From Nitrosomonas europaea (lineage in GTDB: Bacteria > Pseudomonadota > Gammaproteobacteria > Burkholderiales > Nitrosomonadaceae), in assembly GCF_900167395.1 (NCBI RefSeq), contig NZ_FUWK01000036.1:1-26798 (forward strand): DNA of 26,798 nt, in the 5' to 3' direction. The notes under the pieces were generated by a model. The model was given only the letters and a program-made list of their open reading frames with translations, was not told the origin of the DNA and searched no databases. Positions within the stretch are counted from its first letter, which is position 1. Every line of letters begins with the position of its first letter. A program made the translations under genes and the position numbers. Below, in pieces: positions 1-8,700 of this stretch.

Positions 1-323
1 GCCAGTTGTTTGCCGACAAAGGCTACCTCGCCCAGTGGCTCACTGAAGCACTGGACCAGCAAAACCTTCAACTCATTACTCCCCTCAGGAAAAACATGAG
101 GCCTGTGCCTCGTACCAGGTTCGAGAAAGTCATTCTGCGTCGCCGTTCCCTGATTGAAACCGTCTTTGATGAATTGAAGAATCTTTGCCAGATCGAGCAT
201 ACCCGACACCGCTCTCTCTTCAATTTTATCGTTAACCTAATGGCTGGTATCGTCGCTTACTGTTTGTCCGATAACAAACCAACTTTGAATCTGACCAGGG
301 TCAACAGCCTGGCTAAAGCTTAA
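1..323 (+). CDS. DDE transposase, C-terminal fragment (IS982-family-like), open at the window edge
   Basis: The frame is open from the window start. The translation ..QLFADKGYLAQWLTEAL..LITPLRKNM..RRRSLIETVFDELKN..IEHTRHRS..F has the ADKGY and xIETVFxxLK/..EHTRHRS pattern typical of the C-terminal catalytic part of IS982/IS4-like DDE transposases. Confidence 0.7.
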   Translation, partial: QLFADKGYLAQWLTEALDQQNLQLITPLRKNMRPVPRTRFEKVILRRRSLIETVFDELKNLCQIEHTRHRSLFNFIVNLMAGIVAYCLSDNKPTLNLTRVNSLAKA

Positions 324-344
324 GGGCTTATCCCGAACTCAGGT
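1..344 (+). mobile_element. Right-hand end of an IS982-family-like insertion sequence (partial, continues upstream of the window)
   Basis: It contains the 3' end of a DDE transposase ORF. After the stop at 321-323 comes GGGCTTATCCCGAACTCAGGT. Its reverse complement starts ACC..., which matches what I recall of IS982-family termini. The exact end at 344 is a guess. Confidence 0.5.
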
Positions 345-459
345 TACTGTAGCGCAAATGCTTGGCACACAACAGTGAGGACTCGACCAATACCGCGTGG
401 CATCTGTAACGATGGCAACTTTGCCTTCAAGGCGTTTTGATAACGTCGGCTTGCTCCTT

Positions 460-2586
460 TCAAAACGTGTAGGTAGCCCCTATGCCAGCGCTCCAGTTTC
501 GGCCAGGGGCAGGCTCGAAATACCGCCCGTTTCCTTCGTTCACGATGATCGAGCCCGCATACCGCCGGTCAAAGAGATTGTCTGCTCGGGCGTATACCCG
601 TCCCTGCCACGATCCCGCACGCCAGACATAGCCCGCGCTGAGTGCTGCGACGAAATATGCAGGTGCGGCGTCGGAGTTAGCATCATTGATGGCAACGCTT
701 CCAAGATACCTGCCCTCGATGCCGGCTTGCCAGCCTTCTCTCGGCTCCCAGGCCACCGTGGCGTAAGCGGCTTGGCGGGCTGTGCCTGGAATCCGATGGC
801 CTGCGCGAATGGCGTCGGATACGGATTCCCGATAGCGGGCGTCGAGCCACGAATAGGAAAGCTGGACGCGGGCATCGCCAGCGAATCGCGCGTTCCATCC
901 CAGCTCTACGCCATCGCGCCGTGTTCGGCCGGCATTGCGATACGATGTGCGCCCGCCCAGGCTGGTGGCGGGCACGATCTCGTCCTGCGTATCGCTGCGA
1001 AAGATCGCTACGGTTAGCAATCCACCGGCAACTTCTTTCTTGGCGCCCAACTCGAAGTTGTCGCTCAGGGCAGGATCGAGGCCGAAATTCATCCCCGGCT
1101 GTGCATCTGGCCGGTATGACAATTCATTGAGAGTCGGGGTCTCGAATCCTCGACCATACGATGCGTAAAGCATGGTGTTTTTCGCCGGCGTGTAGCGCAG
1201 CGCTGCAACGGGCAATGCCTTGCGATAGCGCAGGTTGCCACTGTCGTCCGGGTTGCCTGAGACGATATAGTGATCGCTGGAATCAAAAGACACTGTGCTG
1301 TAGCGCAAGCCTGCATCCACCGCCCATTGGGGAGAGGCTTGCAATGACATCTGCAGGTACGGGTCCAGGTTATAGACGCGGTTGGTTTCATTGCGCCGCA
1401 AGTTTCCCCGTTCACCCAATGTCGGCGCGTTAAGACTTCCCGTATAGTTTTCATACCCCTTTCTCTGCTCGACCATACTGTCGTACGACAAGCCAGCGAT
1501 GAGTGTCAGTGGCCGATCGGCCACCGACAGCCGAGACGTCCAGCGCAGATCCGCACCACCATAGCTGCGCGCGAGATCTATCATCCCGCCGGCACTGCCG
1601 GGTGGTTGTTGCGCAGCTACCGGAATCGCCTGGTACTGTACGGTATTGCGCTGGCCGTAGTACAGCATGGCGCGCAGCGAATGGTTCGCGTCGATATCTC
1701 GCTCATAGACCAATCCACCTTGGGTTTGCTGGATCGTCTTGCGCGTATTGAAAGTCTTGGCCTGTATGGCTGCGATCCGGGGATTTGATTCGAACTGTGA
1801 ACGGGTTAGCCCCAGCGGATCCTGCGCAGTCAGGTCTACGCCGTTGGCGACAATCGTCAACCGGCTCGCATCATCGAGTTGCACCCCAAGCTTTACGTTG
1901 CCGAGGTTCTTGCGTGCAGCACTGTGGTCCCGGTATCCCCCGGTGGTGAAATGGCTGGCGCTCACGTTATAGTCGATCAGGCCCAGAGCGCTTTCGGTGG
2001 CGCCGGAGGCGCGCAATCCATAACGTCTGGTTCCATAGCTGCCAGCCGATATATCGGCAACCAACTGCGGCGGCCTTGAACCCTCTTCGGTAAATACCTG
2101 CACCACGCCGCCGGAGGAGTTCCCATACAGCGCCGAGAATGGGCCGCGCAGCACCTCCACGCGATCCGCTGATGCAATATCGATGTTAGACGTCTGTCCT
2201 TGGCCGTCCGGCATGGTCCCGGGAATTCCGTCTACGTAAAGGCGTACCCCGCGCACGCCAAAGCTGGAGCGGGCACCGAAGCCGCGAATCGACAACTGCA
2301 GGTCTTGCGCGTAATTCTGACGATTCTGTAGCTACAGCCCTGGCACGCTGACAAGTCCTTCGGACAGATTGATACCCGGCTGGCGCGCGCGGAGCTGGCG
2401 TCCGTCAATCACATCGACAGACGCCGGTGTATCAGCTATCGATGCTCCCAATCGAGTCGCTTGTACTACGACGGGTGCAAGCGTCGTGGTGGGCATCTCC
2501 TGGGCCGCAGCTATGCTCGGAAACAGAAGAAGCAAGGCCAAAGCCCTCATACGTGAAGTCACGCAGAAAGGCTTGGCAAAGCGCAC
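460..2586 (-). pseudogene. TonB-dependent outer-membrane receptor interrupted by an in-frame TAG at 2329-2331
   Basis: ORFs 2332..2586 and 460..2295 are in the same frame (2586-2295=291). The first holds a signal peptide (MRALALLLLFPSIAAAQE) and the start of the plug (TPASVDVIDG..LSEGLVSVPGL). The second holds the rest of the plug, the barrel, and a terminal ..GATYTF aromatic residue. The reverse strand across the junction reads GGG CTG TAG CTA CAG AAT CGT CAG AAT TAC = G L * L Q N R Q N Y. The likely true start is ATG at 2550. Confidence 0.8.
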
Positions 2587-2595
2587 GGTATCGTC

Positions 2596-3930
2596 TCAAC
2601 GCGGTGCGGGTGCGTCGGTGCCGCGCGCCGTGACACGCCAGATGGTATTGCCCACATCATCCGCGATGAGCAAAGCACCTTCAGCATCTTCGGCCAGGCC
2701 CACCGGTGCGCCCTTCAAGGTCTTTTGATCAGCCGATGTAAAGCCGGTGACGACCGGTTCCGGTACCCCTTCGGGCTTGCCATCCTTGAAGCGCACAAAG
2801 ACAACGTCATATCCGCTCAATGGGATACGGTTCCAGCTTCCATGCTGGCCTATGAAGGCTCCACCATGGTATTTCTCCGGTAGATTGCGGCCCTGATAGA
2901 ACCACAGTCCCAGTGGTGCCACGTGCGAACCCAGGGCGTAGTCCGGGCGGATGGCCCTGGCCACGAGATCCGGACGCTGCGGCTGCACGCGCTGATCCAC
3001 ATACTGTCCGTAGTAGCTGTACGGCCAGCCATAGAACCCGCCTTCCTGGACGGAGGTGAGGTAGTCGGGTACCAGGTCTGCGCCGATTTCGTCACGCTCA
3101 TTAACGATTGCCCAGAGCTTGCCGGTCGTTGGCTCCCAACCCAATCCCGTGGGGTTTCGGATGCCAGACGCATAGATGCGGCTGGCCGCCGATTGCACAT
3201 CGACTTCGAGCACGGTTGCACGTCGGTATTCGATATCCAGGCCGTTTTCAGCTACGTTGCTGTTGGAACCGACCCCGACGTAGAGCTTCTTGCCATCGGG
3301 GCTGGCCAGCAGTGCCTTCGTCCAGTGATGGTTAACGGTACTGGGCAAGTCCGTAAACTCCACGCCGGGGTCGGACATGCGTGTCTCGCCTGGCGTGTAA
3401 CGATACTTCATGATGTTGCCGGTATTCGCGACATATAGCGTATCGCCGATCAATTGCACGCCGAATGGGGAATGCAGATTCTCGATGAAGACGTACTTTT
3501 CCCATTTACCGCTCTGGCCGGCCGCCTTGCGCAGCAGTGTGATGCGGTTGCCGCCTTTGCCACCCTTACCAGAGCGATCTTTGACGATGCTCGCGATCAT
3601 CTGCTTGGGCGAGGTGATAGGCACGGTGCCTGGGCTGTTGGCTTCGACCACCAGCACATCGCCATTGGGCAAGGTCAGAAGTTGCCGGGGGTGCATCAGG
3701 CCAGAGGCGATCTTCTCGATCGCCAACCCATCCGCGACGGTTGGCTTTTCACCTTCCGCCCACCCCGTTCTATCCGGAGTCTGGATGGGTGGAATGAAGA
3801 ACTTCTGTGCCTTGGGCAGTGGAGGATTCGCACCCGATTGCTGCGCAGGCTCATAGGTTGCCTTTTCACAGCCGGCCAGCACCATCATCAGTGCCACCGC
3901 ACATGCCTGGGCTATGTATGTTTTATTCAT
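2596..3930 (-). CDS. PQQ-dependent sugar (glucose/sorbosone-type) dehydrogenase, lipoprotein
   Basis: 444 aa. Lipobox MMVLAGC. Beta-propeller-type sequence (..GLMHPRQLLTLPNGDVLVVE.., ..SNSNVAENG.., ..GIRNPTGLGWEP..GKLW..VNERDEIG.., ..GGFYGWPY..) typical of soluble sorbosone/glucose dehydrogenase family proteins. GGGGAGG Shine-Dalgarno sequence upstream of the ATG. Confidence 0.8.
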   Translation of the reverse strand: MNKTYIAQACAVALMMVLAGCEKATYEPAQQSGANPPLPKAQKFFIPPIQTPDRTGWAEGEKPTVADGLAIEKIASGLMHPRQLLTLPNGDVLVVEANSPGTVPITSPKQMIASIVKDRSGKGGKGGNRITLLRKAAGQSGKWEKYVFIENLHSPFGVQLIGDTLYVANTGNIMKYRYTPGETRMSDPGVEFTDLPSTVNHHWTKALLASPDGKKLYVGVGSNSNVAENGLDIEYRRATVLEVDVQSAASRIYASGIRNPTGLGWEPTTGKLWAIVNERDEIGADLVPDYLTSVQEGGFYGWPYSYYGQYVDQRVQPQRPDLVARAIRPDYALGSHVAPLGLWFYQGRNLPEKYHGGAFIGQHGSWNRIPLSGYDVVFVRFKDGKPEGVPEPVVTGFTSADQKTLKGAPVGLAEDAEGALLIADDVGNTIWRVTARGTDAPAPR

Positions 3931-4363
3931 GGCGGCCTCCCCGTGTTGTGGCTTGTTGCAGCGCGCTGACGATCAAACCGATGGCGATCAAGGCCACCGT
4001 CACCGCGGAAAGCCAGACCCCTTCGGGCATAACGCCATAAGCATCCCGGGTGTGGACAAAGGCGTTCACGATAGCTGTGATGATGGCGACAAGATTGAGC
4101 CAGAAGTCCAGCTTCTCGACACGAGAACTCCGCCTGGCGGGCATCCAGACGTGAACCAAATTGATCAGGCGGGGAATGATTGCAAAGATCAGCCCGATCA
4201 CATTGAGCCAGGCAGCCGACTTGACCCAAAACACGTTGGCGTTACATGCATAGATCGCATCGAAGATCAGTGCCGCGACGAAGAACCCAAAGGGTATGGG
4301 ATTAAGAAGCGCGAACATGGCGTGTGCCAGCCGCGATCGTGTCTGTACGGGATGTGTGAGCAT
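3923..4363 (-). CDS. DUF2231-like small integral membrane protein, overlapping the dehydrogenase start by 8 nt
   Basis: About four hydrophobic helices (..ALLNPIPFGFFVAALIFD.., ..AAWLNVIGLIFAIIP.., ..FWLNLVAIITAIVNAFVH.., ..LSAVTVALIAIGLIV..). I chose ATG at 4363 (MLTHPV..), preceded by GAGG, rather than the ORF-track start at 4468. This family is often paired with sorbosone dehydrogenase-like genes. Confidence 0.65.
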   Translation of the reverse strand: MLTHPVQTRSRLAHAMFALLNPIPFGFFVAALIFDAIYACNANVFWVKSAAWLNVIGLIFAIIPRLINLVHVWMPARRSSRVEKLDFWLNLVAIITAIVNAFVHTRDAYGVMPEGVWLSAVTVALIAIGLIVSALQQATTRGGRHE

Positions 4364-5044
4364 TGGAAACCTCTGACATGAACTGAGTACGGATAATAAT
4401 TCTGACGATCTGCATTGCCTTTTGGTACCGCAAGCCGATTGTTCAATATAGACCACGCTGGTTTCCAAATGTCATGCTACCAGCCGGCCCATGTGCATTA
4501 CCTTGGTATCGTTGAGTACCGCGTTACTGTACTGACGTTTGTAAGCAAGTGACAGAGTAGCGCAGGCGCAGGAGGAGATAAAGCAGCCGTATTCAGCGAT
4601 TAAAAACCAAGAAAGATATGCTAAAAAGGTTGTTGCTCCCTTGATATCGAACGAGTTCAAATTTAATCACCTATTATTCTGTTTAAAGCAAGATTGCTGG
4701 TGGCAGTATGTTCGGTGCTCGACATATCGTGAATGAGAATAAAACTGCGGGACGAATCAAAGAGAAATGGATGTCTTGTTACAATAACAATGACTTCATC
4801 ATAAGGGTGAGGTATGCGTCGTGCGGTTGAGCAACTGGTTAAGAATGGCAAATTGCAACAAAAGGGAGTGCGCAGTGGCACACGTTATCACTTGGCCTAA
4901 CTTGGCTCAAAATTTACCTTATCTGCCACGCCTAAGCCAAGACATTGAATCATACAGGCTATCGGGCAATGTATGCCTTATTGGTGATAGCCGAGCGATA
5001 GCAAAGCGCAGCACATCTGCTACCGACGAAGAGGCTCGTCATTG

Positions 5045-7846
5045 ATGAGCGAGACTGAAGCCCAAACACGAGCCGACCTGATCGACCAGCAACTCGCGTT
5101 ATCAGGCTGGAACGTCAAAGACCCGACTCAGGTTATCGAAGAATTCGACATCCTCACTGTGCTAACAGAGGGTGTGGCCGAACCACGCGCCCCATATCAG
5201 GGCCATCAGTTCAGCGATTATGTCTTGCTGGGCAGAGACGGTAAGCCACTGGCCGTGATCGAGGCCAAAAAAACCCTCCGAGATGCCGCGCTTGGCCGCG
5301 AGCAAGCCAAGCAGTACTGCTACAACATCCAGAAGCAACTGGGCAGTGAACTGCCATTCTGCTTCTATACCAACGGCCACGAACTCTATTTCTGGGATCT
5401 GGAGAATGCGCCGCCCCGCAAGGTCGTCGGTTTCCCCACGCGCGACGATCTGGAGCGTTTTGCCTACATTCGCCGCAACCGAAAGCCGCTGACGCAGGAG
5501 TTCATCAACACCTCGATAGCCGGCCGGGACTACCAGATCCGTGCGATTCGTTCAGTGCTCGAAGGTATCGAGCAGAAAAAACGTGACTTCCTGCTGGTGA
5601 TGGCCACTGGTACCGGCAAAACACGCACCTGCATTGCCATGGTCGATGCACTGATGCGTGCAGGCCATGCCGAGAAGGTGCTGTTCCTGGTTGACCGCAT
5701 TGCCCTGCGCGAGCAGGCCTTGGCCACGTTCAAGGAACACCTGCCCAACGAGCCTCGCTGGCCCAACGTGGGCGAAAAACTCATTGCCATGGATCGCCGC
5801 ATCTATGTGGCGACCTACCCGACGATGCTCAATATCATCCGGGATGATGCGCAGCACCTGTCGCCACACTTCTTCGACTTTATCGTCGTGGACGAAAGCC
5901 ATCGTTCCATCTACAACACCTACGGCGAAATCCTCGATTACTTCAAAACCATCACCCTCGGTCTGACGGCGACGCCGACCGACATCATCGACCACAACAC
6001 CTTCCAGCTCTTTCACTGCGAAGACGGCATTCCCACGTTTGCCTACACCTATGAAGAGGCCGTGAACAACGTGCCGCCCTACCTCTGCAATTTTCAGGTC
6101 ATGAAGATTCAAACCAAATTCCAGATGGAGGGCATCAGCAAACGCACCATTTCGCTGGAAGATCAGAAAAAGCTGATCCTGCAAGGCAAGGAGGTTGAAG
6201 ACATCAACTTCGAGGGTACCCAGCTTGAAAGGCAGGTGATCAACAATGGCACCAACACCCTGATCGTCCGCGAGTTCATGGAAGAAGCCATCAAGGATGC
6301 CAACGGCGTGCTGCCGGGCAAGACCATCTTCTTTTGTGCCACCAAGGCACATGCCCGGCGCATCGAGGAAATCTTCGACAAGCTTTATCCGCAATACCAT
6401 GGTGAACTGGCCAAGGTGCTGGTTTCGGACGACCCCCGCGTCTACGGCAAGGGTGGTCTGCTCGATCAGTTCACCAACAACGATATGCCACGCATCGCCA
6501 TCAGCGTGGATATGCTCGATACCGGCATCGACGTGCGCGAAATCGTCAACCTTGTATTCGCCAAACCAGTCTATTCTTACACCAAGTTCTGGCAGATGGT
6601 CGGGCGTGGCACGCGCCTGCTGGAAACCAGCAAACCTAAGCCTTGGTGCCTTGAAAAGGAGGTGTTCCTGATCCTCGACTGCTGGGACAACTTCGAATAC
6701 TTCAAGCTCAACCCTAAAGGCAAAGAACTCAAACCGCAGTTGCCACTGCCGGTGCGTTTGGTCGGTCTGCGCCTCGACAAGATCGAGAAGGCCAACGACA
6801 GCGGCCATGCCGACATTGCCAGTCGTGAAATTGCCAAGCTCCGCCTGCAGATTGCCGCGCTGCCCAAAGAGTCGGTCGTGATCAAGGAAGCCGCCGCTGC
6901 TCTGGCGCGGCTGGACGATGACAACTTCTGGATCAGCCTCAGCCACGACCGACTGGAATTCTTGCGCGCTGAAATCAAGCCGCTGTTCCGCACTGTTTCC
7001 GAGGCCGACTTCAAGGCCATGCGTTTTGAGCGCGACCTGCTCGAATATTCGCTGGCTGTGCTCAATGAAGACAAAGAACAAGCCGAAACGATCAAGGAAG
7101 GTATCGTCGAGCAGATCAGCGAACTACCGCTCTCGGTCAGCTTCGTGAAGCAGGAAGAAGCCCTGATCCGCGCGGCGCAAACCAGCCACTACTGGGCCAA
7201 AGCCGACGAAGAGGCCTTTGATGAGTTGGTGGCCAAGCTCGGACCTTTGATGAAATTTCGGGAACAATCCACAGGCCAGGAGCAAACCCACCTGGATTTG
7301 GCCGATGAGCTGCACAAGAAGGAATGGGTGGAATTCGGCCCGCAGCACGAAGCTGTCAGCATCAGCCGTTACCGCGAAATGGTCGAGGCGCTGATTACTG
7401 AATTGACGGAGCACAACCCGGTGCTGCAGAAGATCAAGAACGGCGAGGCGGTGAACAGCCAGGAATCCAATGAACTGGCCGAACTGCTGCATGAAGAACA
7501 CCCGCACATCACCGAAGACTTGCTGCGCCAGGTTTACAAAAACCGTAAAGCACGTTTTATCCAGTTTATCCGCCACATTCTCGGCATAGAAGTGTTGCAA
7601 AGCTTCCCGGATGAAGTCAGCGCCGCCTTCGGCCAGTTCATTCGTGCCCACACCACCTTGTCCAGCCGCCAGATGGAGTTCCTCAACCTGTTGAAGAACT
7701 TCATCATCGAGCGCGAGAAGGTGGAGAAGAGAGACTTGATCAACGCTCCCTTTACGGTCATTCACCCGCAAGGCATCCGTGGCGTATTCAGCCCGGCCGA
7801 AATCAACGAAATCCTGCAGCTGACCGAAGGGCTGGTGGCATCATAA
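5045..7846 (+). CDS. hsdR: Type I restriction enzyme R subunit (endonuclease/SF2 translocase)
   Basis: N-terminal PD-(D/E)xK-type module (..FSDYVLL..VIEAKK..). SF2 helicase motifs MATGTGKT (I), VVDESHR (II), LGLTATP (III) and QMVGRGTR (VI). Long helical C-terminal domain resembling the EcoEI-type R C-terminus. It sits in an operon with hsdM and hsdS. I preferred ATG at 5045 over TTG at 5042. Confidence 0.9.
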   Translation: MSETEAQTRADLIDQQLALSGWNVKDPTQVIEEFDILTVLTEGVAEPRAPYQGHQFSDYVLLGRDGKPLAVIEAKKTLRDAALGREQAKQYCYNIQKQLGSELPFCFYTNGHELYFWDLENAPPRKVVGFPTRDDLERFAYIRRNRKPLTQEFINTSIAGRDYQIRAIRSVLEGIEQKKRDFLLVMATGTGKTRTCIAMVDALMRAGHAEKVLFLVDRIALREQALATFKEHLPNEPRWPNVGEKLIAMDRRIYVATYPTMLNIIRDDAQHLSPHFFDFIVVDESHRSIYNTYGEILDYFKTITLGLTATPTDIIDHNTFQLFHCEDGIPTFAYTYEEAVNNVPPYLCNFQVMKIQTKFQMEGISKRTISLEDQKKLILQGKEVEDINFEGTQLERQVINNGTNTLIVREFMEEAIKDANGVLPGKTIFFCATKAHARRIEEIFDKLYPQYHGELAKVLVSDDPRVYGKGGLLDQFTNNDMPRIAISVDMLDTGIDVREIVNLVFAKPVYSYTKFWQMVGRGTRLLETSKPKPWCLEKEVFLILDCWDNFEYFKLNPKGKELKPQLPLPVRLVGLRLDKIEKANDSGHADIASREIAKLRLQIAALPKESVVIKEAAAALARLDDDNFWISLSHDRLEFLRAEIKPLFRTVSEADFKAMRFERDLLEYSLAVLNEDKEQAETIKEGIVEQISELPLSVSFVKQEEALIRAAQTSHYWAKADEEAFDELVAKLGPLMKFREQSTGQEQTHLDLADELHKKEWVEFGPQHEAVSISRYREMVEALITELTEHNPVLQKIKNGEAVNSQESNELAELLHEEHPHITEDLLRQVYKNRKARFIQFIRHILGIEVLQSFPDEVSAAFGQFIRAHTTLSSRQMEFLNLLKNFIIEREKVEKRDLINAPFTVIHPQGIRGVFSPAEINEILQLTEGLVAS

Positions 7847-7891
7847 TTGAGTCTGAGCCTGCAAAATGATCTCGATTAAAAAGGACAAACC

Positions 7892-8698
7892 ATGCCAAAA
7901 ATGGATGTAAAAGGTATAGCAGTAACGGTCTACTCGGAAAATGCCATGGATTTCATTTCCCTGACCGACATGCTTCGCGCCAAAGACGGCGACTTTTTTA
8001 TCTCTGACTGGCTTCGCAACCGCAACACCGTTGAGTTTCTGGGCATTTGGGAGCAGGTGCACAACCCGAATTTTAATTATGGCGAATTCGCCACAATTAG
8101 AAGCCAGGCTGGCCTGAACAGCTACAAAATCAGCGTCAAGGAATGGGTCGCCAGGACCCATGCCATTGGGTTGGTGGCCAAGGCCGGTCGTTACGGGGGC
8201 ACCTATGCCCATAAAGATATTGCTTTTGAGTTTGGCATGTGGATCAGCGCTGAATTCAAAATTTACCTCATCAAGGAATTTCAACGCCTCAAGGAAGCTG
8301 AACAACAGCAACTCGGCTGGGACATTCGCCGCAACCTTACCAAGATCAACTACCGCATTCACACAGATGCCATTCAGACAAACCTGATCCCGCCTGCGCT
8401 GACGCAAAGTCAGATTAGCTTGATTTATGCCAGCGAGGCAGACTTGCTGAACATGGCATTGTTCGGGAAAACGGCCAAACAGTGGCGCGAAGAAAACCCC
8501 AATAACAAAGGCAATATTCGAGACGAAGCCAATGTTTCGCAGCTGGTTTGCCTTGCCAACCTGGAAACCTTGAATGCCCACTTTATCCATCAAGGGCTGC
8601 CGCAGGTCGAGCGGCTAAAAATCCTCAACCAGACCGCTATTCATCAAATGAAATTGCTGCTTGCCGACAGAAGCCTCAAGCAGTTGGACGGAAATTAA
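7892..8698 (+). CDS. KilA-N domain-containing protein inserted between hsdR and hsdM
   Basis: 268 aa. The N-terminus (..FISLTDMLRAKDG..FISDWLRNRNTVEFLGIWE..GTYAHKDIAFEFGMWISAEFKIYLIKEFQRL..) matches the KilA-N DNA-binding fold signature as I remember it. AAGGA Shine-Dalgarno sequence. The stop lies 2 nt before the hsdM ATG. Confidence 0.7.
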   Translation: MPKMDVKGIAVTVYSENAMDFISLTDMLRAKDGDFFISDWLRNRNTVEFLGIWEQVHNPNFNYGEFATIRSQAGLNSYKISVKEWVARTHAIGLVAKAGRYGGTYAHKDIAFEFGMWISAEFKIYLIKEFQRLKEAEQQQLGWDIRRNLTKINYRIHTDAIQTNLIPPALTQSQISLIYASEADLLNMALFGKTAKQWREENPNNKGNIRDEANVSQLVCLANLETLNAHFIHQGLPQVERLKILNQTAIHQMKLLLADRSLKQLDGN

Positions 8699-8700
8699 CC

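Noticed and set aside
397-1017. 206-aa plus-strand ORF overlapping the 3' part of the TonB-dependent receptor
   Set aside because: It is antisense to a clear beta-barrel receptor sequence ending in the canonical terminal F. The translation is Ala/Gly/Arg/Pro-rich noise.
4777-4785. TGTTACAAT shared between the left junction (4777-4785) and the right junction (15121-15129) as possible att direct repeats
   Set aside because: The match is only 9 bp. A match of this length is expected by chance between two AT-rich segments of several hundred bp. The right copy is better explained as an extended -10 promoter element.
4821-5045. 74-aa ORF whose TGA overlaps the hsdR ATG (TGATG), considered as a possible controller or C-protein
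   Set aside because: It has a GTG start without a convincing Shine-Dalgarno sequence. No helix-turn-helix-like segment is visible. It overlaps the better-looking 28-aa remnant in another frame. It is probably fortuitous, and I kept it only as a note.
5552-7081. 509-aa ORF antisense to hsdR, with other long antisense ORFs at 6577-7095 and 7124-7771
   Set aside because: It lies entirely inside and opposite a gene with clear helicase motifs. The translation is repetitive and low-information (V/G/D/E/F/L-rich) with no motif, start context or Shine-Dalgarno sequence. This is a typical shadow ORF of a codon-biased gene.
8548-8700. Upstream extension of the hsdM ORF (start at 8548)
   Set aside because: It would overlap the KilA-N gene by about 150 nt and add a non-conserved Pro/Ala/Arg-rich leader. 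The conserved HsdM N-terminus begins at the ATG at 8701.
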